Below are positions 50,151 to 62,006 of a stretch of 64,000 nt of DNA, piece by piece. A program made the position numbers and the translations under genes. Under the pieces are notes generated by a model. That model worked only from the letters and a program-made list of their open reading frames with translations, was not told the DNA's origin and did not search any database. The first letter of the stretch is position 1; each line of letters begins with the position of its first letter. This stretch comes from Nemertoderma westbladi (lineage: Eukaryota > Animalia > Xenacoelomorpha): the NCBI GenBank assembly GCA_032718475.1, contig JAUCBJ010008784.1, positions 1 to 64,000 on the forward strand. The letters run 5' to 3'.

Positions 50151-51403
50151 ATGTCAATTATTAAGGAATTAGATTTATTTTCTACACAGCCAATACAGAC
50201 TGAATTTAAAGCAAAGCATTATGAAACAATTTACCCAGTATCCAATCTCAGAAGTGAGTCTAGGGAAGTCACGTTCCTTGTACCAAGATCCAATGAATTC
50301 TATACGAAACTGCAAGATGCGTTATTAATTACAAAATGTACTGTACGGTGGGATAGACGACTTGAAAACTCCCATATTTATATGTTGAATTACCCCGCTG
50401 GAACTATGTGGAGTGATATTAAAATAGACCTTAATGAGAAGCAGGTTGAAAATAGTAATAACCATTATTTCTACAAGTCATACTTATCCAATTTATTATT
50501 TACAACATACGAAACTAAAAATGGGCTACTGGGGGCGGGTGGCTTTCATCAGCCTTTATCCGAACACGGAAATGAAATTGATCCTGGTGCGCATCCCATT
50601 GGCAATGCCTTTAGTAAACAAATGCAATTTGTAAGTGGATTGACAATTGATTTTGATACTGAAACTAAAATAATACAACCCGGGTATGATTTAAGAATGT
50701 ATTTTAGAAAAGTATCAAATTCGTTTATTTTTAAAATCACTCCAAATGCAAACGCTGTGACAAATCTTCGGTTAGAATTAGATGAAGTAAAGATCCTAAT
50801 CCCTAGAATGGAGGTTAATCCCGTAATAGAAAGCTTAAAGGTTTAGAGAGTTACGATATTGAATATCAATTCCAAAAAAAGGAGGTTACAACATTTACTA
50901 TTCCCGCACAAACCACAAATTACACCCAAACAAACATATTTGATGGTAAAAAACCCAAATTAGTTATTATCGGTTTTATAACAAATAATGCATATTCGGG
51001 AGAATTAATTAGTAACCCCTTGAAATTTGAACATTTTAACCTTAGACGCGCGGAACTGATTGTAGACGGTCTTCCAGTAGGTGGTGTAATATACGAGCCT
51101 AATTTTACAGATGGAACATATATTTTTGAGTATACTCAATTAATGAAAAACATTAATACATATATTAACGGTTATGGAGGTAATAATATAGACCATGAAA
51201 CCTACTTAGGTAATTGCCCACTCATATCCTGGGACCTAACCGCCGACGGCTATGTTAGAGATCCGCAACCATCGATATATACTAACGGCCAATTAAAATT
51301 AAGATTTGCTGAACCGTTGGTTGAGACCATAAATGTAATCGTTTTTAATATTTATGATCAATCATTAAGTTTAAATAGCAGGAAAGAAATACATATCGAT
51401 TAA
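50151..51403 (+). pseudogene. Major capsid protein (double jelly-roll), frameshift near 50835
   Basis: ELDLF...PIQT; YFYKSYL; PKLVIIGF...AYSG...NPLKFEHFN; WDLT. Confidence 0.9.
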
Positions 51404-51405
51404 GT

Positions 51406-51858
51406 ATGTTATCTACAGAGGACCTTGATATGTTTCCAGTGGGTGGTCACTATTTGGGAGCGTTTCCATCTAACAAATTACCTAAATTAGATAATAATAA
51501 GCGGAGAGATTATGGGTTAATAGTAAACACCGATAAACAGCATCTACCCGGGGTTCATTGGATCGCTATATATATACGAGATAATGAGGCTGAATTATTT
51601 AATTCATTCGGACCAAAATATCCAAACAGATGTATCGAAAAATGGCTTGAGAAAAATTCAGCAAGATGGCGTACTACCCGGAAACAATTTCAAGACCCCA
51701 GGAGGACCACATGTGGATTATACTGTCTTTATTACTTGGTAAATCGAATTCATACAAACTATCCAATGAGAGCGTTTACAAATAATGTGGAAATAAATGA
51801 AATAATATTATATAAATGGCTTGTTAATTATTATAAAATAAACCAACAAGCGTTGTAA
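51406..51858 (+). CDS. Adenain-like cysteine maturation protease
   Basis: IVNTD...GVHWIA; FNSFG; Q....TCGLYC. Confidence 0.92.
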   Translation: MLSTEDLDMFPVGGHYLGAFPSNKLPKLDNNKRRDYGLIVNTDKQHLPGVHWIAIYIRDNEAELFNSFGPKYPNRCIEKWLEKNSARWRTTRKQFQDPRRTTCGLYCLYYLVNRIHTNYPMRAFTNNVEINEIILYKWLVNYYKINQQAL

Positions 51859-51889
51859 TTAATCATTTAACTTTTGTTTATCAGATAAA

Positions 51890-52468
51890 ATGGATAATAT
51901 TATTTTTGTTGATTTTCAATATTATAAGATAGACAATAAGGAATATCCGGTAGTATTTAAAGAATTTGCTATATTCGATTCTAATTACACCAAAACTAAT
52001 GTAAAGACGTTTTTAATTAAAGGTCCACCTAATATTAAGTTATCAGCATTAGATGTAGCTCATGTAAACAATTTACGAGACATGACTTCGCATTTACCTT
52101 GGGATTACGGTGACATTTCGCAAGATGACTTTAAAAAATACATGAAGAGACATTTAAAATATAAAAAAAATATACATATATTTGGGTTGATGAAGCGGGC
52201 AATATTAGTTTCCCAACTTGATGTTCTCGCACCAAATTCGATGGAGAAATTGGGGATATATCGACTATATTACAATTATTTAACTCCATGTCGCTTCCAC
52301 GATCAATTTACTACTACTACAGTAGAAGATAAATGTAGTTTTCACAAAGATGGTGATAGCTGCTTGAATTACTGCTCAGCGAAAAGGATTGGAGGGTATG
52401 TAACGAAGCGTTTAACTGAAACTGATGATAAACAGAAAGAAATAACTGCGGTGAATGATGTACAGTAG
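51890..52468 (+). CDS. DEDD/DnaQ-like nuclease-fold protein
   Basis: IFVDFQ....VFKEFAI, HLPWDYGD, late C..H....C motif. Confidence 0.6.
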   Translation: MDNIIFVDFQYYKIDNKEYPVVFKEFAIFDSNYTKTNVKTFLIKGPPNIKLSALDVAHVNNLRDMTSHLPWDYGDISQDDFKKYMKRHLKYKKNIHIFGLMKRAILVSQLDVLAPNSMEKLGIYRLYYNYLTPCRFHDQFTTTTVEDKCSFHKDGDSCLNYCSAKRIGGYVTKRLTETDDKQKEITAVNDVQ

Positions 52469-53052
52469 GTTTACTCTAAGCATGTAATGTGATGGGATAA
52501 TATAATTGTTTTAATGTCAATAAAAATAATAAAAACATTAAAATCTATTTTTTTATATCTCAGTTTGACTGAAGGTGTAGGGCTTAAGTTTACACTCACA
52601 AACACACCGTACCTACCGGTAGCCGGCTGTTGTATCAGAGTTTAACTACCAGTAGCTGACTTTACACACATACAGACATATAGCAACAACGCTAAACTGT
52701 AGAATGGCAAAATGGCACCGACAGCAGCCGCAGAGCTTTAGCGTTACTTGCTAAATAATAAAATTAAATTAACTCGACATGAGGGTTCGTGAATGCAGCA
52801 TTAGAGGAGCCCGCCTAACAATAGGCCTACTGGTACCGGCACTGTAGCACTCTTGTAACTGGATACTTGGATAGAGCAAAGACATGCAGGTTTCTTCGAT
52901 TTAAGGATTAGGCTATTACACTTGAATGCTTCCAATTTTCTGTTTACAACTTTAATTGGTCTAATCTACATTACTGTCGCATAGGCAAGCCTATACAGCT
53001 ATAGTTAACTTTATGCGGCCCCCTTTTTCGAATGTTGACCCAATATGGTTTA

Positions 53053-53412
53053 CGGTTAACCTTTAGAACTTGCGGATAGGTAAGGTACACCTTCATTCGG
53101 TTAGGCATATAGGCCTAATGACTACTCCTCAACTGAAAGCTGACTAGCTCACGGACACAATAGGTGTGGTTAGGTACCAGTAGCGCTATTGGACCTATAA
53201 AATCCCCTCGCACTCTCTGTTACTAACTTTCAACATTCACTTTATGACAGTATGTTGTATGCTATACCGTTAACCTTTAGAACACACAGTCAGGAACCCC
53301 TTCATTCAACCAGTCAAGGCCCCACTCGCATACAATAGGTGTGGCTCGCGGTATACCTAACTAAGCCTATATAAAATCCGCCACATTCTCTGTTACTAAC
53401 ATTCACTCTATG
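53053..53412 (+). promoter_or_regulatory. Tandemly duplicated module with TATA box and Inr-like CATTCACT
   Basis: Two diverged copies (53053-53245, 53267-53412), each with TATAAAA followed by ctctgttactaac..cattcact. Confidence 0.35.
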
Positions 53413-53507
53413 TTGACGGGACTATATAAAACATAGTTAGTTTATTTATGTATTCGCTTTTTTTTAAATTAGATATAAAATAGGTTCGGCCTACTAAGTT
53501 TTATAAG

Positions 53508-53508
53508 C

Positions 53509-53539
<31 letters not shown>

Positions 53540-53569
53540 GCAACAACAACAACAACAACAACAACAACA
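53508..53569. repeat. (CAA)n microsatellite
   Basis: About 20 units. Confidence 0.95.
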
Positions 53570-53595
53570 CTAAATTTATTACCGTATTATACTTT

Positions 53596-54363
53596 TTATA
53601 TACCTATATGAGGTTCCCTCAGAGGTGTTTCCTCCTTTACCAGTACCTGTAAATGGTTGTTTGAGGAGTTTATAGGCCTAACTTCTACCGGTCTTTGCTG
53701 TAAATGGTTGTTTGAGGAGTTTATAGGCCTAACCTCTACCGGTCTTTGCATCGGTAGATCGAAGCGAAGCGTATTATCAACATCATTCTCCCAATTCTCC
53801 GAATTTTCACTAGAGCGTGAGCTTCCCGATATTTGAGGTTGTATCCTTATATTGAGGGTGAAATCTTTAGAAATTTCAACCTTTGTTGGTACTACTAGGA
53901 TCGGCATGCTGCATTGCAGCTGCATTTTTAAGAATGCTGTGCCGGCTTGTCAACAAAATTGCACCGCCACAACTCCCTATCACCCATGACATTTGCTAGA
54001 TCATCCGCATCTTTAAGGCCAGTGTCCTTTAAGATGCGTCTCAAGAATGTCATGGGCTGTCCACCATGCTTATTCACTCCATGAGGCTGCCAAAGTACAA
54101 GATTATGCACTGGCTGGTCCTCACGGCGAAAGCAATGTCCTGCAAAGCGGAGGCGATTTTGTTCTAGTGTCAACCTTTGTTGGTGATAAAGGTAGACCTA
54201 CTCCATATTCTACCGAAGTAAACCCGATCTCAAATTTTTGGTTCATATAACGCAACTCCATCTCAGCAATATTGGATGCTGAGAGATATGTTTCGTCGCT
54301 TGATTGCAAATCAATTTTGATACAACTTTTCAACCCTTGGTTATTAAAAAAGGCGAATGTCAT
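53596..54363 (-). pseudogene. Maverick hypothetical protein (~157 aa) split by an RTE insertion
   Basis: Removing the insert joins ...LSPTKV to EISKDF... in frame. Confidence 0.75.
53891..54169 (-). mobile_element. 5'-truncated RTE-clade LINE
   Basis: LRFAGHCFRR...DRELWR; TSD TCAACCTTTGTTGGT (53876-53890, 54170-54184); (TAG)n tail. Confidence 0.92.
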
Positions 54364-55039
54364 CTTCGAGGTAAGTTGTCGTCGTCGTAACTACCGGTAA
54401 GAATATCTTTAAATTGAATAGGCCTACTGGTATTTTTTTCTTCTTTTGTTTAACAAAATTATAGTTCACTGTTAGAAAAATTGAGTTTATATATATTTTT
54501 GTAGAGGGTCGCAGATGTTTACATTACAAAATTCTCATAGTTAACAAAATGCATAACATAAACCTTTCCCATGCGGATTAGCGATATATGCTCTGTTCAT
54601 TGTTCTATTCTGAATGTAGGGAGATGCATAGCTGATGTTTTAATGATATGTACCGGTATACAGACTAGTAACAGATAGGAGGGCATCGTCTTTGACTATG
54701 AATACCAGCACATAGTCATAATCTTTTCTCACTGAGCTTAGCGTTGCCGGCCGCACACACGCACACTCATAAGTAACAGATGCGCTATTGTAGCTCACTC
54801 GTGAGCAGCGATGCTTAGTTAGCTATCTAGCTAGCTACGGCCGCTGAGTAAACTATGCCTACTCGAGTGTTACAAGCAATCGCTCTACTGAAGTTAGTTA
54901 GTTAATTTCCCCCAACTAGTTGTTGATTTTAAAAAAAATATTCATAAATTTTTTTCCAGCCAAATTTAATATATATTTTACAGTAAAAATCTCCACCACC
55001 AAACAGCAACAACAACAACAACAATAAATTTCACTCGCA

Positions 55040-55621
55040 CTAATTATATTTTACATCAAAAACCCTCACACCAAACAATAATAAATTATTAACCAGTTTG
55101 TTGAATATAGGATAATATATATGAAATTTAAACGGGGAACACATTAATGTACATTTACCAGTGTAGAAGCAGCAAACAACAACAATATTATTTATTCTGA
55201 CTTTACAGTTATTGAATATTTCAGGCTCGTATGAAATTTCTAGTTTAACATTATCAAATATAACATAAAACCCGATATTGTTTATAAGTAACCTATAAAT
55301 TACAGTATCGATACTAAAAATATAAGTACACAAATTGATTGATTTAAAAATCAAATTAATGTTTGTTTTTTCGAATATATGCTTTTTCACTTTATTAAAA
55401 TTATATTTTCTACCGAGAATTGTTATTTGTCCATTTGTAAACATTAATATGGTTGCACCAAATACCTTATATATAAACTGATTAGGTTTGAGTACAATTT
55501 TACCATTCAATTGATTTTTTAATTCTTTTAAATTAAGTCCATAAATGATCTGCTTACAACTTATATTTTTATTTACTATTTGATAATTCATCATCAACAC
55601 CATCATCTTTTGGTTCTTCAT
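55040..55621 (-). CDS. Divergent TATA-binding-protein (TBP)-like protein
   Basis: Two TBP repeats: ATILMFTNGQITILG and SYEPEIF...VVVCCFYTGKCTL (cf. TBP TALIFSSGKMVCTG and SYEPELF...VLLIFVSGKVVLTG); core-only length. Confidence 0.72.
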   Translation of the reverse strand: MKNQKMMVLMMNYQIVNKNISCKQIIYGLNLKELKNQLNGKIVLKPNQFIYKVFGATILMFTNGQITILGRKYNFNKVKKHIFEKTNINLIFKSINLCTYIFSIDTVIYRLLINNIGFYVIFDNVKLEISYEPEIFNNCKVRINNIVVVCCFYTGKCTLMCSPFKFHIYYPIFNKLVNNLLLFGVRVFDVKYN

Positions 55622-58600
55622 AAATTGGTATATTTGATATTTTTATAGGTTTTTTGAGGTTTGTTTTATAGTGCCCCCAAGGAAGTGATTGATTTTTATT
55701 AACCCAATAAAGTTTATCATCAAAGCTACTGAGTGCAAATTTATTTTGCTTTAAGGTATAAATACGATGTAATTTAGATTGAAATCTGTGTATGTTTTTT
55801 TTTATTTCTTCATTTGAGTTATATGCTTTTAAATATTCTTCATGTGTAATATTCGTTTCCACAACAGCTCTTGTAATACCTTTTGCTCTACGAATATTTT
55901 TGTTATTCCATTCCAAAATTGAATATAATTTTGGTCTTAAAAATACTGCTTGTTTAATTTCACGTGAAGCTAGTTCATCTTTACAGTAATAAAGTCTCGA
56001 TTTATTTTTATCACTGTAGAGAGGGTGATCCTTAGGGTAATTGGATGTATCTAAAATATTATTTTTAATTAATGCTTTTAAAAAATTATTCTGCGATGTA
56101 TTATAGTAACATCCTATTAAAGAGTCCGTATCTGATGCAGCAATTTCAATACGGCAGTTTAATTCTTTCTTAATAGGTAGCAATTTATTGTAAAACAGCT
56201 CATACATATCCAATTTTGCCAAGTCCAACACAGTGCTACCAAAAAATATAGGCTTATCGAGAGTTACAGAGTCTTTCACTAATAAATGTCCCGATAATGT
56301 ATTATTGTATATTATAAATTGTTCGTGATTAATACGATTCACCAATTGGTCGCATTTATCATTGCTATTTGCGATACGAAAGTTACATCGATCTCTTATC
56401 TTTTCTATTGATTTGCCAAATAACGAATTATTGAGCAATTTCGCGACAGCTGTTTCAATGTAACTTTTTGCTAATCGCCTTTGATTAATATTAAAATCGA
56501 TGTAATTTTTAAATACAAATTCTTGTTGAAAAGAATATAATTTATGTAGTTTAGTAACAATTAATCCATGTTTTATATAAAATTTTAACAGTTTCAAATG
56601 TAAATGATAAAACTCTTTATCAAATTGCGTCAGCAAGAGTTTTGCTGTAGGCATCCTATATTTACGGGCGGTACTTCTTTGTATCGATAAGTTATTAAAT
56701 TGTTCCCTCATATAAGGCGAAAGCATTGATTCATTTATACTTAAATGCTCTGGAGCTAACGGTAATTGTAATGTTTGATCGTGAATAGCTTTGGGATAAT
56801 TTAAATCACATATTAAAAAATATCCAGTAGATCCATCAATGTCTAAATCTACCAAGTACTCGATTAGGTTTTCTGGAATTGCATTCTCTAAGTGTTTAAT
56901 ACTTACTTCTTTGAATTGTGAGGTGGGTAGTTTTTTACTTAAATTCCCAGAATATAAAGAGTTGAAATCAATATTAAAAATATGGCATTCTTCCTTAGTA
57001 GAATCATATGTACTTGTTCCTGGTATATTTGATTCTATATAATGCTTTCGACAAAATGAAACACCACCCCTAATTGATTTTTCAAAATCTCTATATGTCT
57101 GATAATCCTTTATTAATTCTATTTTACATTTATTATATTTTAGTGCGCAATCATAGGTAAATTACGCGATACTACAGTAAAAAACCGCTTCTAAATTGTA
57201 ATTTTGTTTACAAACATTCCTAAAATTCTCAAATATATCAGCAAGCAAACAAACATCGAGTTTTAAATAGGCTAAAAGATAATCTTTGAGATTCACACAG
57301 TCGAATTGTACCCATGATAATTCCGCAAACCTATAATCTTCAATTGTGCATGTTTTTTGACTTAAGTTACTAAAAAAATTATTTATAGACGGCAAACCAG
57401 TATCATTAAATTTATTTATATCTGTCAAGTACTCGTATGGAAATACTCCTTTCCGTTTAATTGTTAAGTTATTCAAGTTTGGATAAAAATATTTCATTTC
57501 TTGTAGAGTAATAGGTAAAATTGAGCTTATATCATGACTCGCTACATCCTTTGTTGAATACTCAAATAAATTACTTAAAGAAAAGCTTAAAAATTGATAT
57601 GTGTCTAAGAAACGTAACTCAATTTTCTTAGAAGTGTTTTGAATTGGGATAAATGCACTCAGTGAAATATATCGTTCTGTATTTCTCGGTATAACCTTTA
57701 TATCCCAATCTGTGTATTTCTTATCTCTAAATCCGGTTTGTAATATACAATGTATATCGTACTTGTTGGAATTGTGTCCGCAAAGTACATACAGGTATCG
57801 TTTCAATGATAAACTTCGGTTACAACTATTACAGGTTGCTGCAATATATTTACCTGTAATATGTGAATGATGTCTGTTTTTCCCTACATTATTATTTAAA
57901 GTAACATTACAATAGAAACAAAATTTTGCTTGTTCAAAATTTACAAAATCAATATTAGTAAATGACATAGTTTTATGAGTGTATATTTCTGACCAACAAC
58001 ATAATTCAGTTAAATCAGTATATAATGAATCTAAGAAATCTTGAATACAATTATTATTATTTGACTTTACGAATGTTTTCAAATGACATTTTGGAGCATC
58101 AAGTAATTCACTATTGGGAACAATTAAATAACTCACAGCATACGGTATATGCTCCTGTATAATTTGATTATTAACTGAAGGTTGTAAGATACATTCTATA
58201 TCAATGTAGGTGACAAACAATGGGGATAAGGTTCTATCTAAATTTGTAAAACTAATGTGTGTTCTTTTTTTATTAGGTAGTTTCTCTCGTTGACTTCTTC
58301 CTTGGTAGCAGGAGAGACGGTGTCGATGAAGAACTTCCGCTCGAAAAAAATGAGTCAAACACCTTTCACAATATTTCCTATTGCTGATATGAAGAGCTCT
58401 CGTATTCAGCAATCGATTCAAGTTAGTTATGCAAACATAATGATTCAGTTTAGATACATTGTTATTTTTTACTACAAGTAATATATTTAATAACTGTTTA
58501 TCAGGTGTAATTTTACTAAACGGAGGTTGTCTTAATATAGATACAGGGGTGTGTTTGTTGTCGTTATTCCAACATAGTAAATTAATTATATATTTTGAAT

Positions 58601-59630
58601 TTTGTTTTTCAAAAAGTTTAATCGCTAACTGCCACTCTGTTGGATAATCATTTTTTCCGTTGTCAAAAATGAAATGACTCATATAATTTTTGTACGATGA
58701 AGTAAGCTGTTTGTTGTTTTTCACTTTGCTACCAAATTTTGCGGTTATAATAGCCCATTTGAAACAGTCATTATCAACCGATTGTACATTTATAACACAT
58801 AGTTTACTCGATAGAACCTTAGGTAATTCCATATATCCATGCCCCTTATATAGTAACGACCTACACTTAGATTCAGCTAATTTAATTTCAACCCTTAATA
58901 AAGATTTAATACGCCACCCTGAACCACGTGTGTTAAAGATGGCTATTTTTTGTAATATATTTTCCAGCACATACTCAAACCATGTGTCAAAACTTTGTGA
59001 TGAATCTACAGTATTAATAGCACCACCGGAAGAATTAAAATAAAAGGTTTCCAATTGCTCACCTTCTGAAAAATGTGATCTGTACATTAATACATTTAGA
59101 CCTAACCACAGTCTAAGAACATTCATTTCTTTCAATCTATCTAATATTAACTGAAGAATATTACCTCGAATTTGCATTACTGCTGTTTCTACATCGGGAT
59201 AATCTCTAGAAGTTGGGAGGTCGTGGACATAAATTTCAAGACGATTATCGTGAGCTTCTTGTTCCCGCGTAAAAATTGTTGCGCATGTACCAAGAGCCAC
59301 CCTTAATTTTTTTCTAGATAATATATTTTTTTTATGTTGCGGAGATTTACGCTTTCTTGTGTAGTAACATTTCAAGTGACAGTCGTGTCGTAAATAATTC
59401 TCACATGTATACTCTTTATTACAGGTAGAACAAGTCAATTGATAGGTACGGAACTCCATTTCTTTATAACCAGTAGTTGATTCATGTCGTTTACAAATTT
59501 CGCTGGATGAAGTCACGACATGACACTTAAAACAAGAATAACTTTCAAAATGTGACCGTAGGTGGCGTAAATAATTATGTCTAGTTACATTCATATGACA
59601 GAATGAACAACATATTGTTATTTTATCCAT
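55569..59630 (-). pseudogene. Protein-primed family B DNA polymerase (1354 codons, single in-frame stop at 57162-57164)
   Basis: Exo motifs YIDIE, HNSNKYD, YLKLDV; KGVFPYEY; SIRGG; DFNSLY; KLLNNSLFGK; SDTDS; PKLY; KGI. Confidence 0.96.
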
Positions 59631-59823
59631 GCTGAAGTTTGTTTAGATAAATAATAATAATAATAATAAAATATCTCCAAAGATTAAAATAAAATGAAAT
59701 GAAATGATATTGACTATATCTAAACATTTATATGCTAGCGAGTGAAATAATTTTAAACCAATCACCAAACATCAATCGCCTATGGGTATTGGAAACCTCA
59801 AAGAGTTTAACTTATGATCAGGT

Positions 59824-60838
59824 TTACATGTTAGGATAATAATCTGGTTTCCATGGAGAATTAGTAACTAGATCTACTGGAGCTGGGTTAACAGCAACTT
59901 TCTGTTTCTTTGCAGGTGATTCGTTGGTAAATTTACTCGATGATCTTGGCTTCCGAGGTAATATTTCAGGAAAGACCTGTTGCGGTTGAGAGCAACTCTC
60001 TTCAACATCCGGATTAGGTGATGTGATCTCTACGATACTACGAATGCTTTAGGTTTATCCAAAAGGACAAAACCGTCTACATTGGCTTCAATAAGAGAAA
60101 CGCCATCCATAGCCTCTTTGAGAAAACTAATATGGGCTTTATCATTCAAGTAATGCAACTCAATAGAATTTCCGCCGGCTCCTACTTCAGTAGAATTATC
60201 GGTGTTGGTGATAATAATTTTTTTATTATTGGTTTTAATCATTTTGAGACGGTCTGATAATTGAATGATATTTTTATCAAAAAGATGCTTGTCTGGTTCA
60301 TCAATTTGAGTGTCCCACTCTCGCAACAAAACGGTTAGTTCCTGATTTGACAAATTGAAACCCGTATAATAGTTAAAACCAACACTGTTACAAATCCAAT
60401 AAACTCTGGATTTGATAATTCAATGTAGAATTGATCTCTAATAATCTCTAGCGGTGGAGAGAGAAATTGCAATAATTTCCCTCTGTATTGAATTAGAACT
60501 TCAGTAAAAGCTTTGTTGAGGACTTTACATTTGCCTTGTTTCTGAACGTAAACATCACCCGATGTGGGGTTGATAGAAATATTCAAATTTCCCCGTGCAA
60601 AACGAAGAGTGGGATATATCCTACCTGGTATAATTGCTGGTCTGGATTGATGTTGGTTGTTGGTTGTTGTTTCTAGAATGTCTAGCAAATAGCGGGTATC
60701 TTGATGGGAAAAACAAATTGATTCGTTGTCCTCCTGAGATTCCACAATAAAATACTTGCTGTGAACGGCGGTACAAGTATATTTATTGTAAGTAAATTTC
60801 CAGCTATTTGTTGCTCCGGTTTTTTGCGTTAAGGCCAT
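59824..60838 (-). pseudogene. Maverick hypothetical protein (~335 codons, two frameshifts) with NLS-like PAKKQKV
   Basis: Overlapping ORFs 60335-60838 and 60030-60353 plus a downstream open frame to TAA at 59824. Confidence 0.55.
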
Positions 60839-60926
60839 AATAATAAATACGAAAAATATTACAAGTGATAAATTTTAAACCGTATCGCTGTAATAAATTG
60901 ACACCATATTTCTCACTCTAAAATTA

Positions 60927-61138
60927 CGTTTGGATGTAAGGGAGAATTTATAGTATCGATGAATATCATGATTTATATGTTTCACCAATGATCACATTTT
61001 CTTTGGTATTCATGATACGGAAATTGCATCGGTCCTGTATTTTCTCTATCGTTTTACCAAAGAAAAATGTGATCAATTGGTGAAACGTATAAATCATGAT
61101 ATTCATCGATACTAAAAATTCTCCCACACATCCAAACG
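60927..61138. repeat. Imperfect palindrome, ~82-bp arms, ~46-bp spacer
   Basis: 60927-61008 is the reverse complement of 61055-61138. Confidence 0.9.
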
Positions 61139-61622
61139 AGATTTCCTTTGAGTTACATAATTACGTTTAGAAACCCAATGTGGGAATCAGTATCATTTAT
61201 TCGAGTGTTTCCGACCAATGAATATACAACGAGTAAGATAATGTAGAAATTATTAAGGAAATAACACAATTTCAGAGTGAGAACAAAAAATTAGATATGG
61301 TATCAATATATTACCATGAAGATTACAAGTGATGAATTTTAACAAAAACATTCAGTTATATATAAATTTTGATACGTGTGGATGTGGCATAATCAACGTA
61401 GAAGAGATGGGGTGTGGCATAATCGACGAATGAGAAAAGAGATGGGTTGCAATGTGGATGAATGGTTGCGTGGATAGGAAATACGTGAAAGAATATGAAT
61501 CATTGGGTTGTGCGTAATAATAATCAATAATTATAATAAAAACGCACAGTATAATGTTAGTAGTAGCCTTTCAATATGGCACAGATGCTGAGGGATCGGT
61601 TAGGATGAGTAACTACTATGGA

Positions 61623-62006
61623 AATGCTCGTATACGTGTAGTTGACGCGTGGCGGAATTTCATGTATCATACTGGTTGGTTGGTTTGGCGACAGCAGTCG
61701 TGGAGTTGGCAATCGATATAATATAATATATGCGTGATGCGTGTAGATGGCCACGTCGTCACCATATACAGTATACAGTGGTGGTGGTAACGTGGCGAAA
61801 AGGTGAATAACCGTAGGGTTAGTCAATCAGACGAGTAAGGCGGGCATCGCGAGGTTAGGCTACACTACGATTGGTTGATGGCAACTGCCGATGGTGACAT
61901 ATGGCGCGCGCATCGAAATTTGGCATTTTTAATAGCCCTCCGAGTGGTATGCCCATAGCCCAAGCTAGGGAGGACTTACGACAAGGACCATTCTTCTTCT
62001 ACTACT
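61623..62006 (-). repeat. Maverick right TIR
   Basis: Reverse complement of the left TIR. Confidence 0.95.

Larger units (their letters stand above)
39317..62006. mobile_element. Maverick/Polinton endogenous virus, full-length, decayed
   Basis: Termini AGTAGTAG...CTACTACT, ~400-bp TIRs, 6-bp TSD GGCATA (39311-39316, 62007-62012), full core gene set. Confidence 0.97.
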
